From: Bacteroidales bacterium
GTDB taxonomy: Bacteria; Bacteroidota; Bacteroidia; Bacteroidales; UBA12077
DNA: 64,000 nt
Reading direction: 5' to 3'
NCBI GenBank assembly: GCA_963665525.1
Contig: OY762280.1
Coordinates: 3,873,188-3,937,187, forward strand
Shown: positions 27,479 to 36,261 of the stretch, piece by piece
How the letters are laid out: every line of letters begins with the position of its first letter
How positions within the stretch are numbered: position 1 is the stretch's first letter
Program-made: the position numbers and the translations under genes
Notes under the pieces: model-generated
Told to the model about the DNA's origin: nothing
What the model saw: only the letters and a program-made list of their open reading frames with translations
The model's database searches: none

Positions 27479-28291
27479 ATGAAACGCAGAATAAGAGAAC
27501 AGATTTGTTTACTCACAGTGCTAATTACTGTTGTAATATTAGGTGGATGTGATGATGCTTTCGAGTATAGTCCTTATGCAGCAAATGTTAATTCATCTTT
27601 TAAAAATACAGATAAAGTCAATCTACAAAATTTAATCATTGCAGATTCTACTCAAAAGGATGAGATTCGGTTTGCCGTAATTGCTGATTCGCATTATAAT
27701 TACCATGAACTTAATGAAGCAATCATGAACATTAATAGTCAAAATGTAGATTTTGTAATTGTTAATGGTGATATGGCAGATCATGGTTATCTGAAAGAAT
27801 ACGAATTGTTTCATGAAAATATGAACAAATTGGTAGCTCCATACATGACAGTGATTGGTAATCACGATTATAGATCTAATGGAGGAGATATTTATAAGGA
27901 TATGTTTGGCGACTACAACAAGAGTTTTGTTTTTAATAATAACCTTTTTATTCTTTTCGATGATGTTTTCTGGGAAAGTAATAAGAAGCCAGATATGGAG
28001 TGGCTGGAAAATGAATTGGAAGATTCACAGCAATATGATAATACTTTTGTTATATGCCATATTCCTCCTTATGGAGAGCAGTTTACTGATGAGTATGAGG
28101 AAAAATATAAAGAATTAATGATTCAGTATAATGTCGGATTATCAATACACGGTCATATTCATAGAAATGAATATGGAGATTATTATGGCGATGGAATGAC
28201 ATATTTAGCAGTTGAATCGATTATGGATAAGGAATATTCAATCATTACTGTTACTGATTCAGAAATAAATGTAGACAACATAAAATATTAA
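27479..28291 (+). CDS. Metallophosphoesterase (calcineurin-like) lipoprotein
   Basis: 270 aa. The signal peptide has the lipobox ILGGC. MPE motifs are present: VIADSH (DxH), VNGDMADHG (GDxxDxG), IGNHD (GNHD/E), ICHIPP and IHGHIH (GHxH). Confidence 0.8.
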   Translation: MKRRIREQICLLTVLITVVILGGCDDAFEYSPYAANVNSSFKNTDKVNLQNLIIADSTQKDEIRFAVIADSHYNYHELNEAIMNINSQNVDFVIVNGDMADHGYLKEYELFHENMNKLVAPYMTVIGNHDYRSNGGDIYKDMFGDYNKSFVFNNNLFILFDDVFWESNKKPDMEWLENELEDSQQYDNTFVICHIPPYGEQFTDEYEEKYKELMIQYNVGLSIHGHIHRNEYGDYYGDGMTYLAVESIMDKEYSIITVTDSEINVDNIKY

Positions 28292-28296
28292 GAGGA

Positions 28297-28905
28297 GTGA
28301 GAAGAGAGAAAGTCATATATGTAATCTTAGCTTTGGTTTTTACATTCCCTATAGGACTGAAAGCACAAGATACATGGGAAATGGAGGAGAAAGATAAGCG
28401 TAAATGGTATTTGCCAAGTTATTATACTGTGCAATATGCAGGTAATATTGGTTTTATGTCGATAGGTCTGGGATATGACTGGTGGAGAGAGAAGGCACAA
28501 TCTGCTTTTATATATGGTTATGTTCCTGAAACAAGTGGTAATGCAACTATACATACCTTTTCTGTAAAAAATACCTTTAGACTATATAAGTTTGAGATAA
28601 CTGATAAATATAATTTAAGTCCAACATTTGGATTTTCATTAAGTCTAGAGCCAGGAGAAAATTCATATATGCGGGTGCCAGAAAGATATCCAAATGGATA
28701 TTATAGTTCTAATAGTTTTTATGCATGTATAAATTTTGGATTAAAAACGAATTTTAAATTTAAAGATAGTAGAAGATTTTCTAGCATAGATGTATATGGA
28801 GAATTTAATACACTAGCTGATTATATATATTATAATATTATTGCTCAAGAAGATAGGAGTAATAATATAGGTTCATTTGCGTTAGGGGTTAATGTTTTTT
28901 TTTAG
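28297..28905 (+). CDS. Hypothetical small outer-membrane beta-barrel-like protein
   Basis: 202 aa with a GTG start. It has a signal peptide (ILALVFTFPIGLKAQ), alternating aromatic/hydrophilic strands and a C-terminal ..GVNVFF with terminal Phe. Confidence 0.5.
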   Translation: MRREKVIYVILALVFTFPIGLKAQDTWEMEEKDKRKWYLPSYYTVQYAGNIGFMSIGLGYDWWREKAQSAFIYGYVPETSGNATIHTFSVKNTFRLYKFEITDKYNLSPTFGFSLSLEPGENSYMRVPERYPNGYYSSNSFYACINFGLKTNFKFKDSRRFSSIDVYGEFNTLADYIYYNIIAQEDRSNNIGSFALGVNVFF

Positions 28906-28947
28906 GCGAAAGGCCTACTATTCTTTTCAAAGCAGTTTAAAGTGGGT

Positions 28948-28978
28948 GAGAGTGCCTGTGGTGGGCACTCTCTTTTTC
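28948..28978 (+). terminator. Rho-independent terminator
   Basis: Stem gagagtgcc/ggcactctc (9 bp) with a 7-nt loop, followed by tttttc. Confidence 0.75.
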
Positions 28979-28994
28979 TGAAAAGATAAAAGTG

Positions 28995-29012
28995 GTTCGA
29001 TGTTTGCCGAAC
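28995..29012. promoter_or_regulatory. Inverted repeat GTTCG-N8-CGAAC upstream of the GbsR/MarR-like gene
   Basis: Arms gttcg (28995-28999) and cgaac (29008-29012). It lies 13 nt upstream of the -7 box. A second copy is at 29526-29543. Confidence 0.45.
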
Positions 29013-29025
29013 TAAAAAAACTGTT

Positions 29026-29033
29026 TATATTTG
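29026..29033 (+). promoter_or_regulatory. Candidate -7 promoter box (TATATTTG) for the regulator/efflux operon
   Basis: TAnnTTTG match 13 nt upstream of the ATG at 29047. Confidence 0.4.
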
Positions 29034-29046
29034 CAAAAAAAATGAA

Positions 29047-29505
29047 ATGAAAAAAGAAGAAAGAATTAATAAGCAGAAGGAATTGATTGAGCAGTATGGT
29101 ATATTGCTCGAGGAGATGGGATATCAACCGGTAACCGCCAGAGTTGCAGGTCTTCTTTCTGTTATGGATAAAGAGTTATTTACTTTTGAGGAAATTGTTG
29201 AGGAACTTAATATTAGTAAAAGTACAGCCAGTGTAGCGATTAAAAACCTATTAGTTCGTGATGCGATTGAATATATAACTTTACCAGGTGATAGAAAAAG
29301 ATACTTCAGAACAAAATTGGCTAATATGGATAAAGGGTCGAAGGATTTTATTGTATGGTTAAAGAAATTTAAAAAGTTAATGCAGGATACAGTTGAACTT
29401 AAAGAAAATCAAGACTCTAGAATAGCCAATTATTTTAAAGAAGCAGATAAAAAACTGAATATTTATATTCCAAAAATGGAAGAATTGAGTAGAGACTTAG
29501 AATAG
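29047..29505 (+). CDS. GbsR/MarR-family winged-helix transcriptional regulator
   Basis: 152 aa. The sequence ARVAGLLSVMDKELFTFEEIVEELNISKSTASVAIKNLLVRDAIEYITLPGDRKRYF has a wHTH pattern. Confidence 0.7.
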   Translation: MKKEERINKQKELIEQYGILLEEMGYQPVTARVAGLLSVMDKELFTFEEIVEELNISKSTASVAIKNLLVRDAIEYITLPGDRKRYFRTKLANMDKGSKDFIVWLKKFKKLMQDTVELKENQDSRIANYFKEADKKLNIYIPKMEELSRDLE

Positions 29506-29525
29506 TAAATTTTTTTAAACGGAAG

Positions 29526-29543
29526 GTTCGAAAAAAACCGAAC
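29526..29543. promoter_or_regulatory. Second GTTCG-N8-CGAAC inverted repeat, between the regulator and the TolC gene
   Basis: Arms gttcg (29526-29530) and cgaac (29539-29543), with the same 8-nt spacing as the site at 28995. Confidence 0.45.
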
Positions 29544-29575
29544 AAAACGAAAGATAAAGAAATAAACAGAATAAT

Positions 29576-30958
29576 ATGAATAAAATTAGAAAAACAGGAG
29601 TGTTACTTATTTTGTTTTTACCTATGCTGGTTTATAGCCAGGAAGTAAAAACAAACTTTACACTGGATGAAGCACAACAATATGCCATTGAGCATAATAG
29701 AGAAGTGAAAAATGCCAGGGATAATGTAAATATATCACAAGAAGTTGTGAAAGAAGCTCGCTCACAAGGTTTACCTCAGGTAAGCGGGACTCTTGACTTT
29801 ATGACATATTTCGATTATGAACTTGAATTTGATTTTGGTACAGGTTCATCTGGAGGTTCAGACATTGATTATTCAGTTTTAGATGCTGGCGATCAAGAGA
29901 TCCTAAATATGCTTGGTGGGATGTTTTCTTCAAGTGAGCCGATTGTTATGGAAAATCAATCAAGTGCTGTTGTTCAGGTAAATCAATTGTTGTTTAGTGG
30001 ACAATATTGGGTGGGCTTACAAACCGCTAAATTGGCAAAGGAACTATCGCAGAAAAGCCTTTCAAAAACAGAATTGGAAATAAAGGAAACAGTTACTAAC
30101 ACTTACTATATCATTTTAATTACTGAGCATTCTTTTCAAATACTGAATGATAACATCAAAAATATTGAAAGAATTTATCAGCATACTTCGAATATGTATC
30201 AAGCGGGTTTAGCTGAAAAAACTGATGCTGACCAATTGAGTGTTAATTTATCTCAGCTAAAGAATGCAGCAAATTCAGTGCAGCGAAATATTACTTTAAG
30301 TTATAGTATGCTTAAGTTTCAACTAGGTGTTGATCCTAGTCAGGATGTTAAATTAACAGAAACACTTGATGAAATTTTGGAAAAATCGAATTTTCAATCT
30401 TCTGTTCTGAATGAGTTAAATCTTGATGAGAATATAGATTATCAGTTGGTAAAGGGGCAGGTTGATATTACAGAAAAACAAGTTACTCTGCAAAAATGGG
30501 CATATTCTCCAACATTGGTAGGTTTTTACAGCTATACCGAGAAGTTGCAAACAACAGGTTTAGATATGAGCCCAAATCATGTGGCAGGATTTAATTTGTC
30601 TGTACCAATATTTTCTGGTGGTATGAGACAATCTCAGTTGAATCAAAAGAAAATAGAATTAGATATCGCTCAAAGAAATCAATCCATGGTTGAGGATCAA
30701 TTGTTCTTGCAAGAAAGTAATTTAAAATTCAATCTGAATACTGCAGTTGAAAATTATGAGACTCAAAAAGAAAATGTGAAAGTAGCTAAAGAGATGTACC
30801 AGAGTTATGAAAATAAATATAAGCAGGGAGTAGTTTCAAGCCTTGACTTAACACAAGCTCATAGTAATTACTTAAATGCTGAGACCGATTATACAACGGC
30901 AACGCTTGAGCTATTACAAGCACAATTAAAACTAGATATTTTAAACGCAAGATTATAA
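29576..30958 (+). CDS. TolC family outer membrane efflux protein
   Basis: 460 aa. A signal peptide is followed by LDEAQQYAIEHNREVKNA, a typical OMF N-terminus, and a two-repeat coiled-coil/beta pattern. Confidence 0.85.
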   Translation: MNKIRKTGVLLILFLPMLVYSQEVKTNFTLDEAQQYAIEHNREVKNARDNVNISQEVVKEARSQGLPQVSGTLDFMTYFDYELEFDFGTGSSGGSDIDYSVLDAGDQEILNMLGGMFSSSEPIVMENQSSAVVQVNQLLFSGQYWVGLQTAKLAKELSQKSLSKTELEIKETVTNTYYIILITEHSFQILNDNIKNIERIYQHTSNMYQAGLAEKTDADQLSVNLSQLKNAANSVQRNITLSYSMLKFQLGVDPSQDVKLTETLDEILEKSNFQSSVLNELNLDENIDYQLVKGQVDITEKQVTLQKWAYSPTLVGFYSYTEKLQTTGLDMSPNHVAGFNLSVPIFSGGMRQSQLNQKKIELDIAQRNQSMVEDQLFLQESNLKFNLNTAVENYETQKENVKVAKEMYQSYENKYKQGVVSSLDLTQAHSNYLNAETDYTTATLELLQAQLKLDILNARL

Positions 30959-30961
30959 TAA

Positions 30962-32029
30962 ATGATGAAAACAATAAAAATTCAAATACCGCTAATTGCT
31001 ATTTTTTTAGCATCGGTTGTTAGTTCATGTTCAAATTCAGAAGCTAACAACGAAGGAAAAACTATTGTAACAGAAATAGATCATTCTGTTCCGGTTAAAG
31101 TTGTTAAAATTCAAAGAGAAAAAATAAATCGAATCATTCCATTTACTTCGAATTTAAAAGCATTTGAGCAAGTGGATTATGCTCCTGCTTCGCCAGGACA
31201 TATTAAAAGCATTTTGGTTGATATTAATACTCGTGTTTCAAAAGGAGATTTAATTGCTTTAATGGATAATACACAGTTAGAAACAGCTGAATTACAATTG
31301 GAAAATGCTGAATCGAATTATCGAAGACTTGATACTTTATATAAGTTAAATAGTATTTCTGAACAACAATACGAAAGTGCTAAGAATGGTTACGAGATGG
31401 CTTTAGCAAATGTTAATTTCATGAAAGAAAACACCAAACTAACATCTCCAATCAATGGAATTATTACAGCAAAATATTTTGAAGGCGGAGAACTTTATTC
31501 CGGAGTACCAAATACAAGCTCAGGAAAAGCAGCTATCGTAACCATTATGCAAATTAATCCATTAAAAAGTATTATCGATATTCCTGAAAAGTATTTTCCA
31601 AATATAAAAAAGGGGATGAAAGCAGAAATTATTTGCGATATATATAAAGGTAAAGTATTTAATGCTGAGGTATACCGCATTTCCCCAGTAATTAATGAAA
31701 GCTCCAGATCATTTGAGGTTGAGTTAGTTGTTGAAAACGACAATGAAAACTTACGTCCTGGAATGTTTACTCGTGTAGATTTAAATATTGGAGCTGTTGA
31801 AGCAATGGTTGTTCCTTCGATTACTGTGTTAAAAGAAGATGGTACGAACAATCGATATATATATATCATCGATAAAAATAAGAAATCAAAAAGAGTTAAT
31901 GTAGAAATTCTACAACGATTCGACGAAAAAATAGAGATATACTCCAATGAGATTAAGGAAGGAGATTTAATTGTAACTGCAGGGCAGGAAAAGCTAGAGA
32001 ACGGAGTAGAGGTTAAGATTATTAAATAA
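30962..32029 (+). CDS. Efflux RND transporter periplasmic adaptor subunit (HlyD/MFP)
   Basis: 355 aa with the lipobox VSSC. A biotinyl-lipoyl-like motif (V.KGDLIALMD), an alpha-hairpin and a beta-barrel region are present. Confidence 0.85.
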   Translation: MMKTIKIQIPLIAIFLASVVSSCSNSEANNEGKTIVTEIDHSVPVKVVKIQREKINRIIPFTSNLKAFEQVDYAPASPGHIKSILVDINTRVSKGDLIALMDNTQLETAELQLENAESNYRRLDTLYKLNSISEQQYESAKNGYEMALANVNFMKENTKLTSPINGIITAKYFEGGELYSGVPNTSSGKAAIVTIMQINPLKSIIDIPEKYFPNIKKGMKAEIICDIYKGKVFNAEVYRISPVINESSRSFEVELVVENDNENLRPGMFTRVDLNIGAVEAMVVPSITVLKEDGTNNRYIYIIDKNKKSKRVNVEILQRFDEKIEIYSNEIKEGDLIVTAGQEKLENGVEVKIIK

Positions 32030-32046
32030 TAGAAAAACAGACAGAA

Positions 32047-35000
32047 ATGAGTATATATGGAAGTGCAGTAAAAAAACCCATAACCACGGCAATGATTTTT
32101 TTAGCCGTAATCGTTTTTGGATTTTTTTCGCTAACACAATTACCAATAGATTTAATGCCTGAGATTGAGTATCCGGTAATTACCGTTTTTACTACTTATG
32201 GTGGTGCCAGTGCTCAGGATATTGAAAAAAACATTACAGAAGTTCTGGAAGAATCGTTAAATTCTGTTGACGATCTTAAAGATATTACTTCAGTTTCAAG
32301 AGACAATTTCTCTGTAGTTGCACTGGAATTTGAATTTGGATCCAATTTGGATGCGGCATCCAATGATATTAGAGATATGCTGTCTTTAGTGGAAAGTAGA
32401 TTACCGGAAGATGCTGATAAGCCAACATTATTTAAGTTCGATATGAGTATGATGCCTGTAATCGTTTATGCTTTTACGGCAGAAGAAAGTTATGAAGGCA
32501 TAGAAAAAATGCTTGAAAACAAAATAAGCAATCCATTAAAAATGATTGATGGAGTAGGATCAATTGGAGTTATGGGAGCACCAAGTCGAGAGATTGCTAT
32601 AAGCGTTGATCCAGTTAGACTTGAAGCGTATAATATTTCAGTTGAGCGATTAGGTCAGATTTTACAGACAGAGAATTTAAATATGCCTTCAGGAAGTGTT
32701 GATATGGGACGCATGAGCTACCAGCTTAGAGTGCAAGGCGAATTTGAAAGATCAAGTCAAATCAAAAATATTGTTATTGGAAGCCAGAATGGTAAGAATG
32801 TTTATTTAAAGGATATAGCAACAGTCCGTGATTCAATTCAGGAAATGACCATTGATCAGAAAGCAAACGGAATGCAGAGTGTGATGATGATGGTCATGAA
32901 ACAGTCAGGTGCAAATACAGTTCAAATTGCTGATGAAGTCAATGAGAAAATGATTGATTTGAAAAAAACTTTGCCGGATGATGTTGAAATGATTCAGGTT
33001 TATGATTCAAGTGAATTTATTAAAGATTCACTGAATAATTTAACAAGTACTTTAATGTATGCCTTAATATTTGTGATATTAGTAGTACTGTTTTTTCTTG
33101 GAAGATGGCGAGCAACGTTCATCATTGTTTTAACAATTCCTATTGCACTGATTGTATCTTTTATTTATTTATATAGTACCGGAAATACAATTAATATTAT
33201 TTCCTTGTCAGCACTATCAATTGCTATTGGTATGGTTGTGGATGATGCCATCGTTGTACTCGAGAATATTACCAAACATATTGAAAGAGGTTCTACTCCT
33301 CGCGAAGCAGCTATCTATGCAACAAATGAAGTGTGGTTGGCTGTAATTGTAACAACATTAACTGTTGTTGCAGTATTTTTCCCGATGACTATGGTTGGCG
33401 GTATGGCTGGTATTTTATTTAAACCTCTTGGTTGGATTGTAACTATTACTGTTGTTACATCGACTATTGCTGCTATTACATTAACTCCTATGCTAAGTTC
33501 TAAAATGCTTAAGCTAAAAAGGAATCATAAAAATCCGGGTAAGCTAAGTTGGGATAGAACAATTCTTCCGGGATTAAATAGCTTGGATGTATTTTATGAG
33601 CGATCATTAAAGTGGTCGTTAAGCCATAAAAAGATTGTTGTAATCGCTTCTGGATTACTACTGTTTGGTTCATTCTTTTTAGTAGGTCAGATTGGAACTG
33701 AATTTATGCCAACACAAGACGATGGCATATTACAGTTAGAAGTGGAGCTGCAATCGGGAACAAGAGTGGAGGAAACAAGCAGGGTTGCAAGAGAAATCGA
33801 AGCTAAAATCAAAGCACAAGCTCCTGAAATAAAATTAACCAATACAACAACAGGAACCGATGAAGATGCTGGGATGACAGCAATATTTAGAACAACAGGG
33901 TCAAATATTATGACATCAACGGTTATTTTAACTGATGCAACGGAAAGAGAAAGATCATCGGCTGAAATTGCAGACATTATAAGGAACGAGATAGCATCTA
34001 TTCCAGAAGTAATCAATTTTAAAGTAACCTTAGGAAATAATTCTCAAAGCACCAATAATGTGGATGTTGTTTTATATGGATATGATATTGAAACAACAAC
34101 TGCTTTAGCAAATACAATCTCTGATAGATTATCACAAATTGAAGGAGCAAAAGATGTTAATATAAGTCGTGAAAGGGCTAAACCAGAGCTTCGAGTAATT
34201 CTTGATCAGGATAAGATGTCACAAAATGGGTTAAATACTTATACAGTTTCAATGGCTTTAAGAAATAGAGTTGCTGGATTAACTGCAAGTAAATTTAGAG
34301 AAGAAGGTGAAGAATACGATATTGTTGTTCAGTACGACAAAGATTATAGAAATTCAATTAGTGATATTGAAAATATTGCTATACAAAATCCAATGGGAGA
34401 ATATATTCGCTTATCAGAGATTGGACAGGTAGTTGAATATTGGTCTCCACCAAATATTGAAAGAAAAAGAAGAGAACGTATTGTTACTATTTCAACAACA
34501 CCATATGGTGTATCATTAGGTGAAATGGCTAATATTATAAAAGAGGATTTAAAAGCGGTTGATATTCCTGATGATATCATTGTTGAAGTAGGTGGTGCTT
34601 ATGAAGATCAACAAGAATCTTTTGCCGATTTAGCTTTATTATTAATTGTAAGTTTAATATTGGTATACATTGTAATGGCATCGCAATTTGAATCATTAAA
34701 AATGCCATTCATTATCATGTTCTCAATTCCATTTGCTTTTGTTGGAGTAATAATCACATTATATATTACCAATACAGTGTTAAGTATAATTGCTGCTTTG
34801 GGTGCTATTATGTTGGTAGGTATTGTGGTTAAGAATGCAATTGTATTAGTGGATTATATTAACCTGATGAGAGATCGCGGATACGAACTTGATGAGGCAA
34901 TTACTCTTTCCGGAAAATCAAGATTACGCCCAGTGCTTATGACAGCAATGACAACAATTTTAGGGATGTTACCTCTTGCATTAAGTACAGGAGAAGGTTC

Positions 35001-35166
35001 AGAAATTTGGAGCCCAATGGGAATTTCAATTATTGGAGGATTAATTTTCTCTACTGTAATTACCATGATTATTGTTCCTGTGGTTTACAGGTTATTTGCA
35101 GTACACGGAGGTCGAAAACGAGAACAGAGATTGGCAAGATCTCAATATCAATTTATGGATATGTAA
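32047..35166 (+). CDS. Efflux RND transporter permease subunit (AcrB-like)
   Basis: 1039 aa. The N-terminus AVKKPITTAMIFLAVIVFGFFSLTQLPIDLMPEIEYPVITV fits the family. It has a 12-TM layout with two large periplasmic loops, and AIGMVVDDAIVVLENI is conserved in TM4. Confidence 0.9.
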   Translation: MSIYGSAVKKPITTAMIFLAVIVFGFFSLTQLPIDLMPEIEYPVITVFTTYGGASAQDIEKNITEVLEESLNSVDDLKDITSVSRDNFSVVALEFEFGSNLDAASNDIRDMLSLVESRLPEDADKPTLFKFDMSMMPVIVYAFTAEESYEGIEKMLENKISNPLKMIDGVGSIGVMGAPSREIAISVDPVRLEAYNISVERLGQILQTENLNMPSGSVDMGRMSYQLRVQGEFERSSQIKNIVIGSQNGKNVYLKDIATVRDSIQEMTIDQKANGMQSVMMMVMKQSGANTVQIADEVNEKMIDLKKTLPDDVEMIQVYDSSEFIKDSLNNLTSTLMYALIFVILVVLFFLGRWRATFIIVLTIPIALIVSFIYLYSTGNTINIISLSALSIAIGMVVDDAIVVLENITKHIERGSTPREAAIYATNEVWLAVIVTTLTVVAVFFPMTMVGGMAGILFKPLGWIVTITVVTSTIAAITLTPMLSSKMLKLKRNHKNPGKLSWDRTILPGLNSLDVFYERSLKWSLSHKKIVVIASGLLLFGSFFLVGQIGTEFMPTQDDGILQLEVELQSGTRVEETSRVAREIEAKIKAQAPEIKLTNTTTGTDEDAGMTAIFRTTGSNIMTSTVILTDATERERSSAEIADIIRNEIASIPEVINFKVTLGNNSQSTNNVDVVLYGYDIETTTALANTISDRLSQIEGAKDVNISRERAKPELRVILDQDKMSQNGLNTYTVSMALRNRVAGLTASKFREEGEEYDIVVQYDKDYRNSISDIENIAIQNPMGEYIRLSEIGQVVEYWSPPNIERKRRERIVTISTTPYGVSLGEMANIIKEDLKAVDIPDDIIVEVGGAYEDQQESFADLALLLIVSLILVYIVMASQFESLKMPFIIMFSIPFAFVGVIITLYITNTVLSIIAALGAIMLVGIVVKNAIVLVDYINLMRDRGYELDEAITLSGKSRLRPVLMTAMTTILGMLPLALSTGEGSEIWSPMGISIIGGLIFSTVITMIIVPVVYRLFAVHGGRKREQRLARSQYQFMDM

Positions 35167-35179
35167 AACATTTAAGAAG

Positions 35180-35473
35180 ATGAAAGCAATTTTTATAGTA
35201 TATAATCAGGCACATACAGAGAAAGTAGAGTATATGTTAGATAAATTAGGTGTTCGTGGTTTTTCGAAATGGCCCGAGATGATGGGAAAAGGTTCGGTAA
35301 ATGGTGATCCACATATGGGAACACATACCTGGCCTGAAATTAATTCAGGAACGATTACAATGGTTGATGATGATAAAGTAGATATAGTGCTTGAGAAAAT
35401 TAGAAGCTTAAATGCAGTGAATGAAGAAGTTGGAATACGAGCTTTTGTTTGGAATATAGAAAAAACAGTATAA
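35180..35473 (+). CDS. Small P-II-like transporter-associated protein
   Basis: 97 aa from the ATG at 35180, 13 nt after the RND stop. The longer ORF-track form from 35072 overlaps the pump gene. The MKAIFIVYNQ..VEYMLDKLGVRGFS beta-alpha-beta start resembles the P-II/DUF-type proteins found next to Bacteroidota RND pumps (I recall the family as PG0541-like). Confidence 0.5.
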   Translation: MKAIFIVYNQAHTEKVEYMLDKLGVRGFSKWPEMMGKGSVNGDPHMGTHTWPEINSGTITMVDDDKVDIVLEKIRSLNAVNEEVGIRAFVWNIEKTV

Positions 35474-35597
35474 GGCAAATTAGTAGTTAAGATTATGAGT
35501 GATGGTTTGTGCAGAAATATCTCCCAGCAGCTTATTTATAAACTGTGTATCTGCACAACTATCATCATAATTATTATTATTTAAAAATCAGGTCATT

Positions 35598-36203
35598 ATG
35601 GAATTACAAAAGACGAATATTATTAAAAAATCCGGTGAACTATTTGCTCGATATGGTATTAAAAGTGTCACGATGGATGATATTGCACGTGAACTTGGAA
35701 TATCCAAAAAAACCTTGTACGCACATTTTGATAGTAAAAATGATTTGATAGAGCTATTGATAAAAGAATCAAAACAAGATTTATCTTCTCGTATTGAAGA
35801 TGTAGAGAAGAAGGAATATGGGGGATTAGAAAAGCTATATTATATTTTTATTGAGTTGGTCAAATATACCAACGAGTCGAATTCTACTACTTATTGGAAT
35901 TTTAAAAAGTATTACCGAGAACTATTTGAGGATTTTACTGATTTTATATCAAAGCTCGTAGATAAGTTATGTGAAACACATATAAAAGAAGCTCAATGGG
36001 ATAATTTTATTATACCTAATGTTGAGGCAAAGTTGTTCAGCAGTTTCATAAGAAAAAATATCATGGAGTTAACGGATGATGATGTAGTTAAGATTACTGC
36101 AACTAATCGATTTACAATACAAAAGGATTTTGTTTATTATAATTTACGATCTATAGCTACGCCAACAGGCTTAGAACAACTTGATAAATTAAAAGATATT
36201 TAA
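35598..36203 (+). CDS. TetR/AcrR family transcriptional regulator
   Basis: 201 aa. The HTH is IIKKSGELFARYGIKSVTMDDIARELGISKKTLYAHFDSKNDLI. Confidence 0.9.
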   Translation: MELQKTNIIKKSGELFARYGIKSVTMDDIARELGISKKTLYAHFDSKNDLIELLIKESKQDLSSRIEDVEKKEYGGLEKLYYIFIELVKYTNESNSTTYWNFKKYYRELFEDFTDFISKLVDKLCETHIKEAQWDNFIIPNVEAKLFSSFIRKNIMELTDDDVVKITATNRFTIQKDFVYYNLRSIATPTGLEQLDKLKDI

Positions 36204-36261
36204 AAACCACGTTTTTCATTGCTTTAGTGGTTTTTGAGCGCCTGTAATGGGCGCTTTTTTA
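36204..36261. terminator. Two hairpins between convergent genes (bidirectional terminator region)
   Basis: Hairpin 1 is aaaccac/gtggttt (36204-36233). Hairpin 2 is agcgcc/ggcgct (36237-36255) followed by tttttt. The T-run overlaps the stop codon of the minus-strand acyl-CoA ligase gene. Confidence 0.65.

Noticed and set aside
28994-29543. GGTTCGA strings (also at 60551) that resemble tRNA T-arms
   Set aside because: No acceptor, D or anticodon arms can be folded around them. The loops have the wrong length. They are better explained as inverted-repeat operators or a terminator stem.
35072-35473. The 133-aa version of the small ORF, which overlaps the 3' end of the RND permease
   Set aside because: The first 36 codons overlap the pump gene in another frame. 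The ATG at 35180, just after the pump stop, gives a compact 97-aa protein with a sensible start (MKAIFIVYN).
28948-36261. Two terminator hairpins with similar tops (GCC-TGTGGTG-GGC at 28954 and GCC-TGTAATG-GGC at 36240), which might be a REP-like element family
   Set aside because: There are only two copies in 64 kb, the stems differ in sequence, and the shared part is short. This is most simply coincidence between ordinary terminators.
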